Under the pieces are notes generated by a model. The model did not search any database. It worked only from the letters and a program-made list of their open reading frames with translations, and was not told the DNA's origin. Below, piece after piece: positions 13,084 to 27,756 of a stretch of 64,000 nucleotides of DNA (its first letter is position 1; each line of letters starts with the position of its first letter). This DNA comes from Monocercomonoides exilis PA203 (lineage: Eukaryota > Protista > Preaxostyla), in the NCBI GenBank assembly GCA_001643675.2, contig LSRY02000014.1:558001-622000 (forward strand). The letters are read 5' to 3'. Made by a program: the position numbers and the translations under genes.

Positions 13084-16000
13084 ATGAAGCTTTTTTCGGT
13101 CGAAAAGGGAGCAACTGGTGCTTTTAGTCCATTTAAGCCAAGTTTGCTTGCGCTTGGAACCACCTCCAATACAATCGGTGCAGATTTTCAGTCTTCTGCA
13201 TCTCTTGAATTGTATGACATGAAAGGAAAATGCATTGGAACAACGCAGACGGAGTACAGCTTCAACAAAATTGCATGGTCTCAACCACTCAGTCTTACAC
13301 AACATCATTGCGGATTAATTGCCGGCTCTCAAACAAATAATACAATTGCTCTTTTTAATCCTGAAAAATTGTTTGCATAATTGCTTTTTAAATATTATTT
13401 TTAAAGGAAAACTTTTTTTTTTCATTTTGCATTGTTGATTTTTGAGAATGAAAGGAGAGAAAGAAAGTATTGTCGCTTCTTTTGAAACAGGCGCAAAGCC
13501 ATTAACAGATCTCGAATTCAATGGTCATGCCTCAGGAATACTTGGTGCAACGAACGCAGATGAAGTTAAAATATTCGATTTGAATAGCAATTTGTCAAGC
13601 CCAGAATCATTTTCGCCAATCATATTTTCAAAAACTCCAAGTTCTCACTTCACCTCATTAAATTGGAATGTCAAAGTGCAGAAAATTTTGGCTGCTTCAA
13701 CTTCTGAAGGAAATGTGCTTATCTTTGATACAACTGCTAAGAAACAGACAATAAATATTATTGGACAGGATCAGAATAAAATCACTTCATGCAAATCTGT
13801 CAGTTGGAATTCCGAGATAGCAACTCAAATTGCTGTTGCATGTGATGATGACAAATGTGGAGTTGTTCAAGTTTGGGATCTTCGCTTCAGTGCACAACCA
13901 TTGCAGACTTTCCCTCACCGACGTGGGGTACTTTCATTGCAATGGTGTAGACATGATCCATCATTTTTGCTTACATGCGACAAAGACAATCGCGTGAACT
14001 GTTGGTCCATGGTGACAAAGAACCTTCTTGGGGAGATACTGACATGCGGAAACTGGCCGTTCTTCTCCTTATGGTCAGCAGCTGATCCTTCGCTTGTGTG
14101 TGTTTCCTCTTATGACCAGACTGTATCTGTTCTGTCGATGCACGATGTCATCCATTCTGTAAACAGTTCAGAAGGCAAAAGCACAGACTTATCTCCTGAG
14201 CTTCTTTCCCATCCACCGAATTGGCTTGGCAAAAAGGCAACAATGTTACCACCACCGCCTGCATCTGGGTCACCACATTCTCTGACTCCTGTTCCAGCTC
14301 CTGGATGGTGCTGTGTTGACTACGGGTTTGGAGGAAGAATGATCAAACTGTCTGTCTCTTCGGTGACTGATACAACTTCGAAGATCACAGTTGACTGCAT
14401 CAGCGCCAATCGATTGATCCCTGCTGGAGATGAGGCCGCTTCTCCAGATTCGACAACATCTGCCTCGGAAACATCGAAAAATGCAGATGATCTGGCTGCA
14501 TCGATCGATGCAGAGATGAAAGCATTGCTGTTGTCTGATGATCTACGTGATGCAGTGAAGAAAGGCGAATGGGCTGCATTCTGCGCAAAGAAGGCAAAAG
14601 AGGCAGCTGGTGAAAAGAACGAAATGGAGGCCGAGAAAGAAGAAAAAGAAAAAGAACAATCCGAAGAAGGAGCAAAGAAAGAAGAGAAAAAGGAGTTAAA
14701 GACAAAGACACAAGTTATGTGGGAAGCAGTAGGTGCTCTTCTGAGAAAGAAGCCTCGCAAAGATATTCTAACCTTTTTGGGATTTGATGCCTCGAAGATA
14801 AAGACGAAGCAAGATTTGGAGGAAGAGGAACAAAAGCGCAAAGAAGAGCTTATGAAGAAGAGGATGGAAGAGCAACTGAGAATTGAACGAGAGAAAGCAG
14901 AAGAGGCAGAGAGGCAAAAGAAGAAAGAGGAAGAAGAAAAGAACCGGAAGAAAGAGGAAGAAGAAAGAATCGCCAAAGAAAAAGAAGAGAAAGAGAAGGC
15001 AGCGAAGATGGCAGCAACTGCTGCAGCATTCGATGATGGGATGGACTTCTTTGACAGCATTCCAGAGCAGCAGCCAGCACCTGAAACTGCAAAGAGCGAA
15101 GAAAAACAGGACAAAGCTGAAGAAACAGAATCCAAGCCGAATGAAGAAGGAAAGAAATCGAAGAAGAAGAAAGGCGGGAAAGACAACAGCAGTGCGGCAT
15201 CTTCGCCTGCTGCCGAGGAGAAAGCAGAGGAAGAGACAGGAAAAGGGAAAAAGAAACGCGGAGGGAAGAAAGAAGGATCTTCTGCTTTGAAACAGAAGAA
15301 AGCACTGTCGCCAGAAGAGGCAGAGTTTGAGAACAAAGTCGAAGATTCAATAATCATCGGAGATTTTGCGACTGCCACTGAGCTTTGCCTGCAAAAGGAC
15401 AAGTTGGCTGAAGCGCTGATCATCGCATCTCACAGCGGAAAAGAGCAGTTCAATGCAGTTGTTGAGTCAGCGTGCCAGAAACTGGCAAATGAACACCGCT
15501 TCCTCAGCATCTTCAGACGCATCACAAACAGAGAAGACAGCATATTCATGATGAAGGGACACTCACACCTGAATGCCTCTGAAACAAACAAAGAGGAAGA
15601 AGAGAATGATGAAGAAGATGACGAACACGATGAAGACGAGGAATGCGAAGAATCTGCAGATGATTTGGGATGGAAACGCGAACTTGCCATTCTGCTGACA
15701 TATCGCAACTCAATGGACTTTGCCAAAGAATGCGAAGTTTTGGCACAGAAAGAAGAGAAAAGATTGCAACACCTCAAGAACTCTTCGGCTTCTTCATTTG
15801 CTTCACTTTCCCTGTTGGATTCAGTGGCACCCTGCGTTTTGCATCTGTTTGCAGGCAACATTGAGCGTGCAAGCCAATTGTGGGACGAATACGACAGAGA
15901 AGAGGAAACAGAATCTGCTTCTGCTTCCTCATCTGCATCAGCTTCATCGTCTTCACGGCCTTCATCTTCTGTCAGTGATGTTCGCGAAGCCGAACGACTG

Positions 16001-17518
16001 CGCAAGCGTATTGAACGCACATTTGTGTTGATGCAGACAGTACTCATTGCAGATCGTGCAGTGTCTGATTTCATTGCACTGTATGTGTCATACGCGAAAA
16101 AGCTCATTCGCATCGGTGCTTCTGAAGCGGCTAGAGACTTCTTGGACTTGGCAATCTCACATCTCGGAGGAAAGACTGATGCAGAGGCGCTGACAATGCC
16201 ATATCCTTCTGCTTCATCACTGGCAACTCAATCTCCTCATTCAAAGGCCAAAGTTATGAGAGAGAAAGAAAGACACGTCCACGATTCTCTGCGCCCGCTT
16301 ATGCTGCTCCGAAAGAGAGTTGAAGCAGCATTCTTTGCTCCGCTCGACGATACCCTCGAAGCAATCATCTCATCTTTTTCGACTCATCCGTTTGCTGCCT
16401 CACAAACTGCTTTCCCAAAGAGGCATTCTCAAAAGCCAGAGGCTTTGAAACAGCCTTCCCAAGCAAGAAACTTACAGGCTCAGATGTCCCAACACGCACC
16501 AAAACCAGCAGTTGAAGCTCCACCAAAGGTCATTCCTGTTCCTGCGGAAGTGCCTTCATCTTCCCGCTTCCCATCTTCTCCTGCAACATCATCGCTTCCC
16601 TCATCGCCTCTGCATCAGACAGTGAAACAGAGCAAAGTTGGACCCAGTCGCTCAAATGCAAAGATAGACATTCCTCTGGAGCCAGACAGCGTGTTTGTGA
16701 AGGCGATTAAACCTTCCACCAACTTACCCTCACCGGCACAAATGCAACAAGCACGAAGCCAATCAAATACATCTTCATATCCGACAAATTCTTCTGCAGC
16801 AGCCAACACTGTTCCACACGATGTGCATCCTCATCACGCTGCTCCGCCTCGCACTCCTGTTTCCATCAACAGTCTGATTGCTGAAACAAATGCAGCCACT
16901 CAGCGGATGGTTTCCCAATATGACTCTGCAAGAGCTCCAAGTGCTGTCACCCATACACCGCCACGTCCAGCGGAAACTGGGTTTGCTGGGTATCCTGCTG
17001 GAATGCAAAATCCGATAGGAGCGGCCGCACCTGCAGCAACTCCTGCTGGAATGATGGGAAAAGAACCAATTCCAACTCCGCTTATGCAACAAACACCAGT
17101 TTACTCAGCAGAGAAAGTTTTTGAAATGGTGGAGTTGATGCGAAAGAGGCTGAGCAAAATAACACTTGTTGATGATTCACTAAAGGATACATTTGAAACA
17201 CTGTTCCAAATGGTGCGTATGATAACGCCACAACCTTCTATGGAGCAGCTGGCATTCAACAACATCAAAGAGATCTGCAACAGACTGATTGACATGATGA
17301 AACAGTTCTCAGCCGAAGGTTCTGCAGCATCTGGAGGCGCTGATCCCGACCTGATAGAGAAGATTGTTCAGCTGGGACGGCGTTGCAAGGAAGGAGATTA
17401 TGACGGAGCTTCCATCATTCACAAGGGACTTATCACATCATCTCATTGGACACGCATCTCGAAGTTTGCCCCATCTCTGAAAAAATTGATTGAAGATTGC
17501 AAGAAGAGGCAGAACTAA
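13084..17518 (+). CDS. SEC31: COPII outer coat protein Sec31
   Basis: N-terminal LALGT..IGADFQSSASLELYD, WD40 repeats (VQVWDLR, LSLQWCRHDPSFLLTCDKDNR), PPNWL/GFGGR motif, helical region AEALIIA, Pro-rich region, C-terminal helical domain. Intron 13371-13446. Confidence 0.92.
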
Positions 17519-17838
17519 ATTCAATGCGTATTTCTCTCATCTTTTCTGTATTTTTTTTCATTATTGAAGGCATTTTTAGATATTTTTTAAGTAATTTTTT
17601 TATCTTCTTTCCAGTAATAATATATCCAAACAAAACAACAAAAATCAAAAACGTTGAGTTTTAAATGGGATACCTTCTGGATGATTTGGTATGGAAAATT
17701 GGATGGAAATGAAAAGAAATTGAAAATTAATTTTTAAAAAAATTAAACTAAAATGAATAGCCTTGAAAAATTTTCAAGAAAGAGAAGAGGTTTTGTGGAA
17801 GAGCATTTAGAGTGAAATAAGTGAGGTGTTTGATTTTC

Positions 17839-20800
17839 TTATATTGTTATAATCTTGCTTTGAGCAGTCTTCTTTATAAGTGCTCCAGGCGTTCCTTTTT
17901 GCATTTGTTTTGTAAATCCTGTTCTTCTGAATAATTCGCTCTTCAAAAATGCATCCACATCAGCTTTCTCAATCATCTCTGCTCTTGCACGATCTTCAAA
18001 CTGATCAATTCCAATTTGCACGGTTGCAGGAAGTTCTGGGTTGAAGTCAATTCCAAGAATACTTGCCTTCTGATGAGCTTGGAAGAGTTCGTATTGCTCA
18101 GCTTCTTGTTCCATTCTCCGAAGCAAGTCGCGAAGAAGAACGAATCTGTCCTTTGAAAACGTGAGATAGTGTGCAAATTGCTTTCTAAGCGCAGTTTTTG
18201 CTTGATGACGCTGTGATGATATGAAAGAGTCTAAAAATGTCTGAATTGCCAGCTGCACATCATTTTCAGTAACAATATGATGCAGACGGAGTTTTGCATA
18301 AGCCTCAGAAATTCGTTCAATGGCATCCACATTTCTTGCAGTCATCGGGGTTCCTCCACAACCTTCAGCTGCAATACGCAGTTGAGCATACAATTCTTTA
18401 ATTTTTTCGCGATCTGCATCGCTATTTTCGACTCTCTGCATTCTTGCATATTGGATGTACCTACGGAGCACATCTGGTGCCAGTGGAGCAAAAGTGGATG
18501 ATGAGGAAGAGCTGGATGAAGTGGATGAAGATGAAAGCAATGCAGATGGGTCATTTTCGTCGATGTGAGGAATAATTGAAGCATCTTCTTCTGTGAAGTT
18601 TGGATGTGACATGATATGGGACTTCACAATGAAGCGTGCCATGCGTCGATCCTGATCCTCGTCAACGTTATCCTTTACAACACAAAGAAGATCAAAACGA
18701 GAGAGAATTGGCTCAGACAAGTCGACATTTGCCAGGAAAGTTTGAGATGTATCATATCTGCTGTGTATTGGATTCGCTGCAGCAATCACAGCGCATCTCG
18801 CTTGTAGAACAGCAACAATGCCAGCCTTTGCAATAGAAATTGTCTGCTGCTCCATTGCTTCGTGAATTGATGTTCTATCTTTGTCGTTCATCTTGTCGAA
18901 CTCATCAATGATGCATATTCCGTTATTTGCAAGCACCATTGCTCCTCCTTCAAGTGTCCATTCTCCGGTTGATGGATCCTTTCGCACGGCTGCTGTCAAA
19001 CCAACCGCAGATGCTCCTCTTCCCTGAGTCCTCACAACACGATATCCTGTTTTCTCAACATATTTCAGAATCTGCGATTTTGCTGTTGCTGGATCACCAA
19101 CAATCAACACATTAATATCACCTCGAACAATATGCCCTGGTATCTCTTTACGAACTCCTCCAAGCATTGCCAAACACACAGCGCGTTTCAAATCTTCATG
19201 CCCATAAATAGCAGGCGCAAATGAATGGAACACTCGTTCAGCAATGTTCGGATCTCGCGCAAGATCTTCAATTTCTCTCTTTTCCTCTTCAGTGAACTCG
19301 ACATCGTCTCCGGTTCCTGATCTGCTGCTTGTTCCAACAGTAATGTGATTAGCTTCGATCTGTGTTGTAAAGACAGGAAAGCCGTATTGCTTGTTCAGCA
19401 CAACATCGTACTGGTTCATGTAGATTCCTGTTACTTTAATTTCTTCGCCAGGTTTGCAGCAGTCGATCAGATCATTCACCAGAATGAGTTCCTTGTGTCT
19501 CGGAAGGCGTCCAGGCTCAAGAGCATTTGGAGACTCCTGCAGCGTTACGCGCTGATAGTTTCTGAACACTGTTTGTTCTGTATTCAAGCGGAAAGGTCCT
19601 TTTCCATTGCAACTTGGACATGTTTTTATTTTGATGGGCTTTTTCTCAATTTGTGCGAATGGACCTAGCACAGCTCCGCACGTCTCACATGTGAAGCGTG
19701 CATTTATCATCTGACTGAAAACAGCAGAACGGCGTGTCACCACTCCAGTTGTTGAGATAAGAGTGTTCAAATGTTGTTGCCTGCATTTAACATTAATAAT
19801 GAATTGTATAAAAAAGAAGTGTTTGAGATTGCAATGACGCAGGTCATTAAAGAAAATATGAATAATTTCTTTTAAATTAGAGTATAAAATAACAAACCTC
19901 AATTTTGTCAGAGGGGTTTCTGGTACAAGATTTGTGATACGCACATTAACAACATTTGTAACACGACGATAAAAATCGTCTTGTGCTATCATCTGCATCG
20001 CCACCTCATCAAAGATCTCTAAAACTTGTCTCGGATAGAACATAAGAAATGCTCCAAGAATCCTGCTGTAATCGCTCAGATGCTGAAAATCAACTTCAAA
20101 GCTCTTTTTGTTGTCACGTCTGCATTCAGCAATCACTTTGCGGTAAATGCCTTCTGCGTCTGGGTTCTCTTCTTTGACATCAGCCGGAACAAAGCTGTTG
20201 AGAAAATCTCGAAAACGCATTCCCATTTCTCTTCGAGGTGCTGGTTGTGAAAGTGCTTCTGCAGGATTTTGTATGCTTTCTAAATCAAATCTTTCTTCGA
20301 TTTCTTCAACACGGCCTAGTCTCCCTTCTTCCACAGCTTCTCCTTCCAATGATTCCATTTCTCCAGTTGGAATTGCAGATGATGGAATATTTAACGCTTT
20401 CGAAAGAGATTCTCCGTCGGCTTCTCCTGTTAAACTGTGGGTACTAAGAATTCCAGGAACATCCAATCCTATTGGCTCGCTGTCTTGATCAGAAAGAAAT
20501 GCTGCTGGTAATCTTTGACCAGAAAATCCTGTTTGACCATATCTTCTTCCTCTAGGTAATAACCCGTGCTGACCTTGCTGCCTTGCCCTCATTCTGTCAT
20601 TGTGTTGCATTTCCAATTCAGCAGCTCGTCTTTGTTCAATCTTTTGGTAATAAAAAATTTGAAGAAAAGATTACAAAAAATAAATGTTCGAACTGTCATT
20701 TCTTGATATTCTTCATCATCGAATTCGTTTTCGTCATATGTATCGAGACGTGGTTTTGATTCATAATCGCTAAAAAGAAGTGAGTTATTTGAAATGTTTG

Positions 20801-21036
20801 ATATCAATTAGTTAAAGCTATATGAACAAACTTATCCATATCCTCTGTAAATATATCCTCTCCTTCCTCATCTTCGGATGGTTCACTTTCTGGAAGTCCG
20901 ACAATTTCTTCTCTAATAATTCATAAAAAATTAAGCACAAAATTTTTTGTACACATATCAACAAAAAATACAAAAGCATCAAAAGAAAGTCAAACTCTTC
21001 GATGGGCTCTGGTAATCGTTGTCCTCTTCGTGACAT
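17839..21036 (-). CDS. MCM2: DNA replication licensing factor MCM2
   Basis: MCM2 N-terminal DY...LDTYD...AAELEM, C4 zinc finger (CETC..CPSC), Walker A GDPATAKSQ, IDEFDKM, LSRFD arginine finger. Several 5' introns plus in-frame intron 19781-19897. Confidence 0.95.
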
Positions 21037-21213
21037 GACTCCTTCAAACAAAATACAAAAACAATTTAATTTGAAAGTTTTCCCATAACAATTTTCATGA
21101 CAATCCAATCAATTGTGTCAAAAACCTTTACACGCAAATGACTTAAAAGAATGATGTTTCAAGTATTGGAAAAAAAATCAGAACTTATGTCCAATAATAA
21201 ATAATTACTAAAA

Positions 21214-22019
21214 ATGTCTGAAAAAAGAGCATTAAAATCCAAGTCATCAAACGTATTAACGAATGAAAAGTCCGAAGAAAAATTGCCAACTACAGGATCA
21301 CTTGGAGGACTGTCTCCTCTTTATCAACGTAGAGTGTTGAGAGAGATACAATCACTTCAAAAAGAACCTGTTGATTTTGTTACACCGGAATTTAACGCTG
21401 AAAAATTAACCGAGTATGATTATTAATATGGCATATCGATGATAAATATCTGCATTCGAAAATAAATTGAATTGCACCAAATGTCTTTTTAGAATTATAT
21501 GTTATATTGAAGGACCAAAGGATTCAATATATGCTGGAGAAAAATTTACACTGAAAATAACTTTTACTAACTCCTATCCAATGGAATGTCCAATTGTCGT
21601 TTTTGTTCCGCCGATGGTCCCAAAACATGAGGTATTCATTTTTCAAGTAGTCTGTTTTTTGAAAAATTATGTTTAAATATAAAGCATTGTTACACAAATG
21701 GTCACATTTGTTTATCAATTTTATATGATCAATGGTCCCCTTCAATAAGTTTGTATTTTTCTCATTGAGACAAAATTTTTGTTGCAATTGTTATAATTAT
21801 AATTATTTTACACCTTCTAGCGGTAAAGGGAATTCTTTTAAGCATTGTCAGCATGCTATCTTCTGCAAAAGTTAAAGTTTGACAACTTTTTGGAAAATTA
21901 TTTTTGCTAGTTACAAATTCTTGTTTCAGAAACATCCAATTGACAATAGAGATTATGTGAGGCATGCACCTTCAAATCCAAAAGAAACAACCTGGGACTT
22001 CCACGATGATAAATGTTAA
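21214..22019 (+). CDS. UBE2W: Ubiquitin-conjugating enzyme E2, UBE2W-like (5 exons)
   Basis: Spliced product includes GPKDSIYAGEKF...YPMECP, HCYTNGHICLSILYDQWSP (catalytic Cys) and C-terminal TWDFHDDKC, typical of UBE2W. Confidence 0.85.
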
Positions 22020-22241
22020 ATTTAGAAATTACAAAAACTTTATTTTATGATTTTTTTTTTTTGTTTTTTTAAGTGTTTTACTGATAGCAATATTTAAGTA
22101 TTAATTAATAATCATTCGTAAAAACTGTTTTATGCATTCAGATGGTTTCTATTTGATATAATTATTTAAAAATTCAAAGAAAAATGGTAGAACAATGAAA
22201 TGAAGTTAGAAGATTCATAAAGATTATCACATCTTCACCGT

Positions 22242-24026
22242 TTACTTTTCAGATTCGTCCTTTGAATGCTTTTTGTGTTTCTTTTCTTTCTTTTCTTCCG
22301 CATCTTTTGATTTTGAGTTAGAATCGTCTTTCTTCTTTGATTTCTCCTCATCTTTCTCGTTTCCTTCATCTTTGTGATGCTTCGACTTTTTCTCTTTCTT
22401 ATCTTTGTCTTTCTTTTCCTTCTTTTCTTCTTTAGCTGCTTCTTGAGCTGGTTGTTCAGCATCTGCATTCTTTTGAGATGCATTTGAAGCTGTTTCTGGA
22501 TATTTTGCTGCTGATGCAGGAACAGACACTTGTGGTGCAGTTACTCCAAGATTGCCTGATAGATCAACAAACTCCTTCTTCCACTCTGCTGGAGTAGCTT
22601 CTGTCACGCGCCCGTGTTTGTCCAGCTGCCCTTCTTTGATCATCTTCTTCTTTTCTTGAGCCTTTGGACCAAGACCCCATTTCCTTGGATATGTGTCACG
22701 CTCCATCACCACACGTTTTATCTTGGCAACCACTCCGTGCTCACATGTCAGCATCGATGCTGCAGTCATCTGCGCAATTGCTAATGCAATGCATTCTCCT
22801 TTTGTTGTGATCAAAACAACTTCTTCTCCAAGTTCTATTCCTTGATCAAAGCGGAGAAGACCAGGAATCATCAGCTTGGCTCCATAGCAGATTGCATTTA
22901 CAGCGCTATCCTTCACAACAATACGTTTGAAATTCAACAGGAGAACTTCCAGCGGGCGAATCACTCGACGAAGATATGATTCATCTCGTTCATTTTTATA
23001 CACGTATTGAGCATCCAGAACATCATGCATTGTAACCATGTTATCCTTTGAAAAGAAAAGAGGAATAATAAAAGTTCGAATAATAAAGAACAGTGATATA
23101 TTTGCATTTGAGCATACGTGTTCGTCTTGTGCTCCTGATCTCACACGTCTAAGTTCTTGTAGGTGACCTCCAACACCAAGAAGAAGACCCAAGTGGATGG
23201 CGAGCGTTCTTATATAAGTTCCAGCTTCACAGCTAACCCAAAACACTCCAAGTTGTCTCTCTTGATCATATTCGATCATTCTGCTCTGATAGATGGTTCG
23301 TACACGCAGCTGACGCTTTACAGCGGCAATGACTGGGGGTCTTTGGAAAAGTGCTCCTGTAAGTGTTTCAAGAGCTTGTGAAAATTTTTGACCGCTTTCG
23401 ATGGCAGAATGGAATCTGACAACACCAACATATTCCTTACCTATATTGTTAAAATGTCAAGTGTTTCATAAAAATCAAATTCAGATGCATTTATCCATAA
23501 ATCATTCATTAACTTTAAATACAAACCAGCTGATTGTTGGGATTTCACAAGACGAGTTGCGCGATCAATGCAAATAATCAAACAACCAGTGACCTTTGGA
23601 TCTAGAGTTCCGCTGTGTCCAGTCTTTTCAACTTCCAGAATCTTCTTTACCCAAGCAACAACTTCATGAGAACTTGGATTTGCTGGTTTATCAAGATTAA
23701 TAACACCATATCTTTGAAATCACACGCAAAAAATAATAATAATAATAAATTAGTTGATGCAAAAAAAGATGAGTTCAGTCAAGAAATCTGTTAAACCTCA
23801 TATATTCTTTGAGAGGACGGTTCAATGGGGAAGAGCCATTAGGCAACGGAGTATAATGAGATGATCTCACCATAAGGCGGTCATAATGTTTAAGAAGAAG
23901 AGGCCACGTTGATGTGTCAGTTGATGTGGTTGCGTCGTCTGGTTTTATGTATTTCTCTTCTTCTTCTTCTTTTTTCATTGAATCGAAATATGGCTTATGA
24001 TCACGAATTTTTCGTTTTTCTTCCAT
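22242..24026 (-). CDS. DKC1: H/ACA snoRNP pseudouridine synthase dyskerin/Cbf5
   Basis: [51 protein letters not shown] domain, [14 protein letters not shown], Lys-rich tail. Three introns. Confidence 0.96.
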
Positions 24027-24172
24027 AAGGCAAATGCAATCAAAACACTAATTAATAATACAGATGCTTGACAGAATATTAACAAATATTTTTGTTGATC
24101 ATTGAAATTAAAAAGTATGGATTGCATTTGTTGTTCACATTTGCTTTGTGAAAAAGTCTTCAAAATAACAAC

Positions 24173-25613
24173 ATGGCAGAAATTGCTGCTCGTCTTTTGC
24201 AAACCGCTGCTAAACGTGATCCAGACCAGAAGGAAGTTTGTTTTGTTTTTGTTGAAAATTGACGTATTTTCATATTTGACATGTTTTCATTTATTCCCTC
24301 TCATTTAAAATTTGTTCGAATGAATATCCAATTAGTTCCTCCAAGCTGTTAAGACAGTTGTTGAAGGACTGATTCCCCTTTGGGAACAGCGCCCTGAACT
24401 CGAAGAAGTGATGGCTCGTTTGATTGAACCAGAACGTATTTTCACTTTCCGTGTTGCATGGTTGGATGACCATGGAAAGATTCAAATTAACCGTGGTTTC
24501 CGTGTTCAATACAACTCTGCCATTGGTCCATACAAAAAAGGACTGCGTTTCCATCCATCAGTCAATCTTTCAATCATCAAATTCTTGGGATTCGACCAAA
24601 TCTTCAAGAATTCTCTTACAACCCTTCCCATGGGAGGTGGGAAAGGAGGTTCTGATTTTGATCCAAAGGGAAAATCAGATGCTGAAGTTATGCGTTTCTG
24701 CCAATCGTTCATGACTGAATTGTTCAGATACATTGGTCCAAACATTGATATCCCAGCTGGTGATATCGGTGTTGGTGCAAGAGAAATTGGATACATGTAT
24801 GGTCAATACAAGCGTCTTACCCATGCAGTTGAAGGTGTTTTGACAGGAAAAGGACAGACATGGGGAGGATCTCTTATTCGTCCAGAAGCAACTGGATTTG
24901 GAGGATTATACTTTGCCTCTGAAATGGTTGCTTATCAAAAGCAAGAAATTGCAGGAAAGACTATCTGCGTTTCAGGATTCGGAAATGTTGCATGGGGTGC
25001 TTGCTTGAAAGCCGCTCAATTGAAAGCCAAAGTTATCACCATCTCTGGACCAGATGGATATGTTTATGATGAAGAAGGAATCAACACACCAGAGAAAATT
25101 GCATATCTTCTTCGCCTTCGTGCAACATGCCAGGATATTGTTGCTCCATATGCTGAGCAATTCCCCAAGTCACAATTCTTCCCAGGAAAGAAACCATGGG
25201 AAAGGAAATGCGATATTGCACTTCCATGTGCCACTCAAAATGAACTCGATGCTAATGATGCTGCTATGCTTCATGCAAATGGATGCAAGTTTGTTGTTGA
25301 GTTGTCCAATATGGGCTGCACACACGATGCTCTTGAATACTGCCAGTCTCATGACATGATCTATGCACCAGGCATTGCCTGCAACGCTGGTGGTGTTGCT
25401 GTATCTGGACTTGAAATGACTCAGAACTCAATCAGATTGCGCTGGAAGGCAGAAGAAGTTGACCAACACCTTCAGCGTATCATGAAGGATATTCACAAGC
25501 AGTGCGTTGAGGCTATGAGCCAATTCCACAAACCAAATGACTACGTCTTTGGGGCAAATGCTGCTGGATTCCTCAAAGTTGCAACTGCAATGATTGAGCA
25601 GGGTTGTGTCTAA
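24173..25613 (+). CDS. gdh: Glutamate dehydrogenase (ELFV family, hexameric bacterial-type)
   Basis: MAEIAA..DPDQKE|FLQAV (intron 24236-24335), NRGFRVQYNSAIGPYK, LPMGGGKGGSDFDPKG, DIPAGDIGVG, RPEATG, GFGNVA Rossmann motif, PCATQNE, NAGGVAVSGLEM. Confidence 0.96.
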
Positions 25614-25989
25614 TAAAATGAGCAATAAAAATTTTTTAATAATTTTTTTATGTTCTATGGTCGAATAATAACTTTGTTGGCTTTTTTGTTTTAATACTGT
25701 CAATATACTTTCAAGATTGAAATTATTTTTGCTTCAAAAAAGAGAAATATTTCTTAATAACAATGTTTAGGCTTGATTCTCGTTATTATCATTAAGAAAA
25801 TTTGATCATCATTTTTGGATGAAAGCTAAATGCTTGTAAAGCGTAACAGATTATAACGAAAATAAATTTCTTTTGATAGATTCATCTCCATCAATTATTC
25901 ACTTGCGACATGATCCTGTGAAGTGAACTTTATTCAAAAAGAAGTGAAAAAAGTTAAATTTCCAATTGATGTGAAAGATTTTTTAATCT

Positions 25990-27756
<1,767 letters not shown>

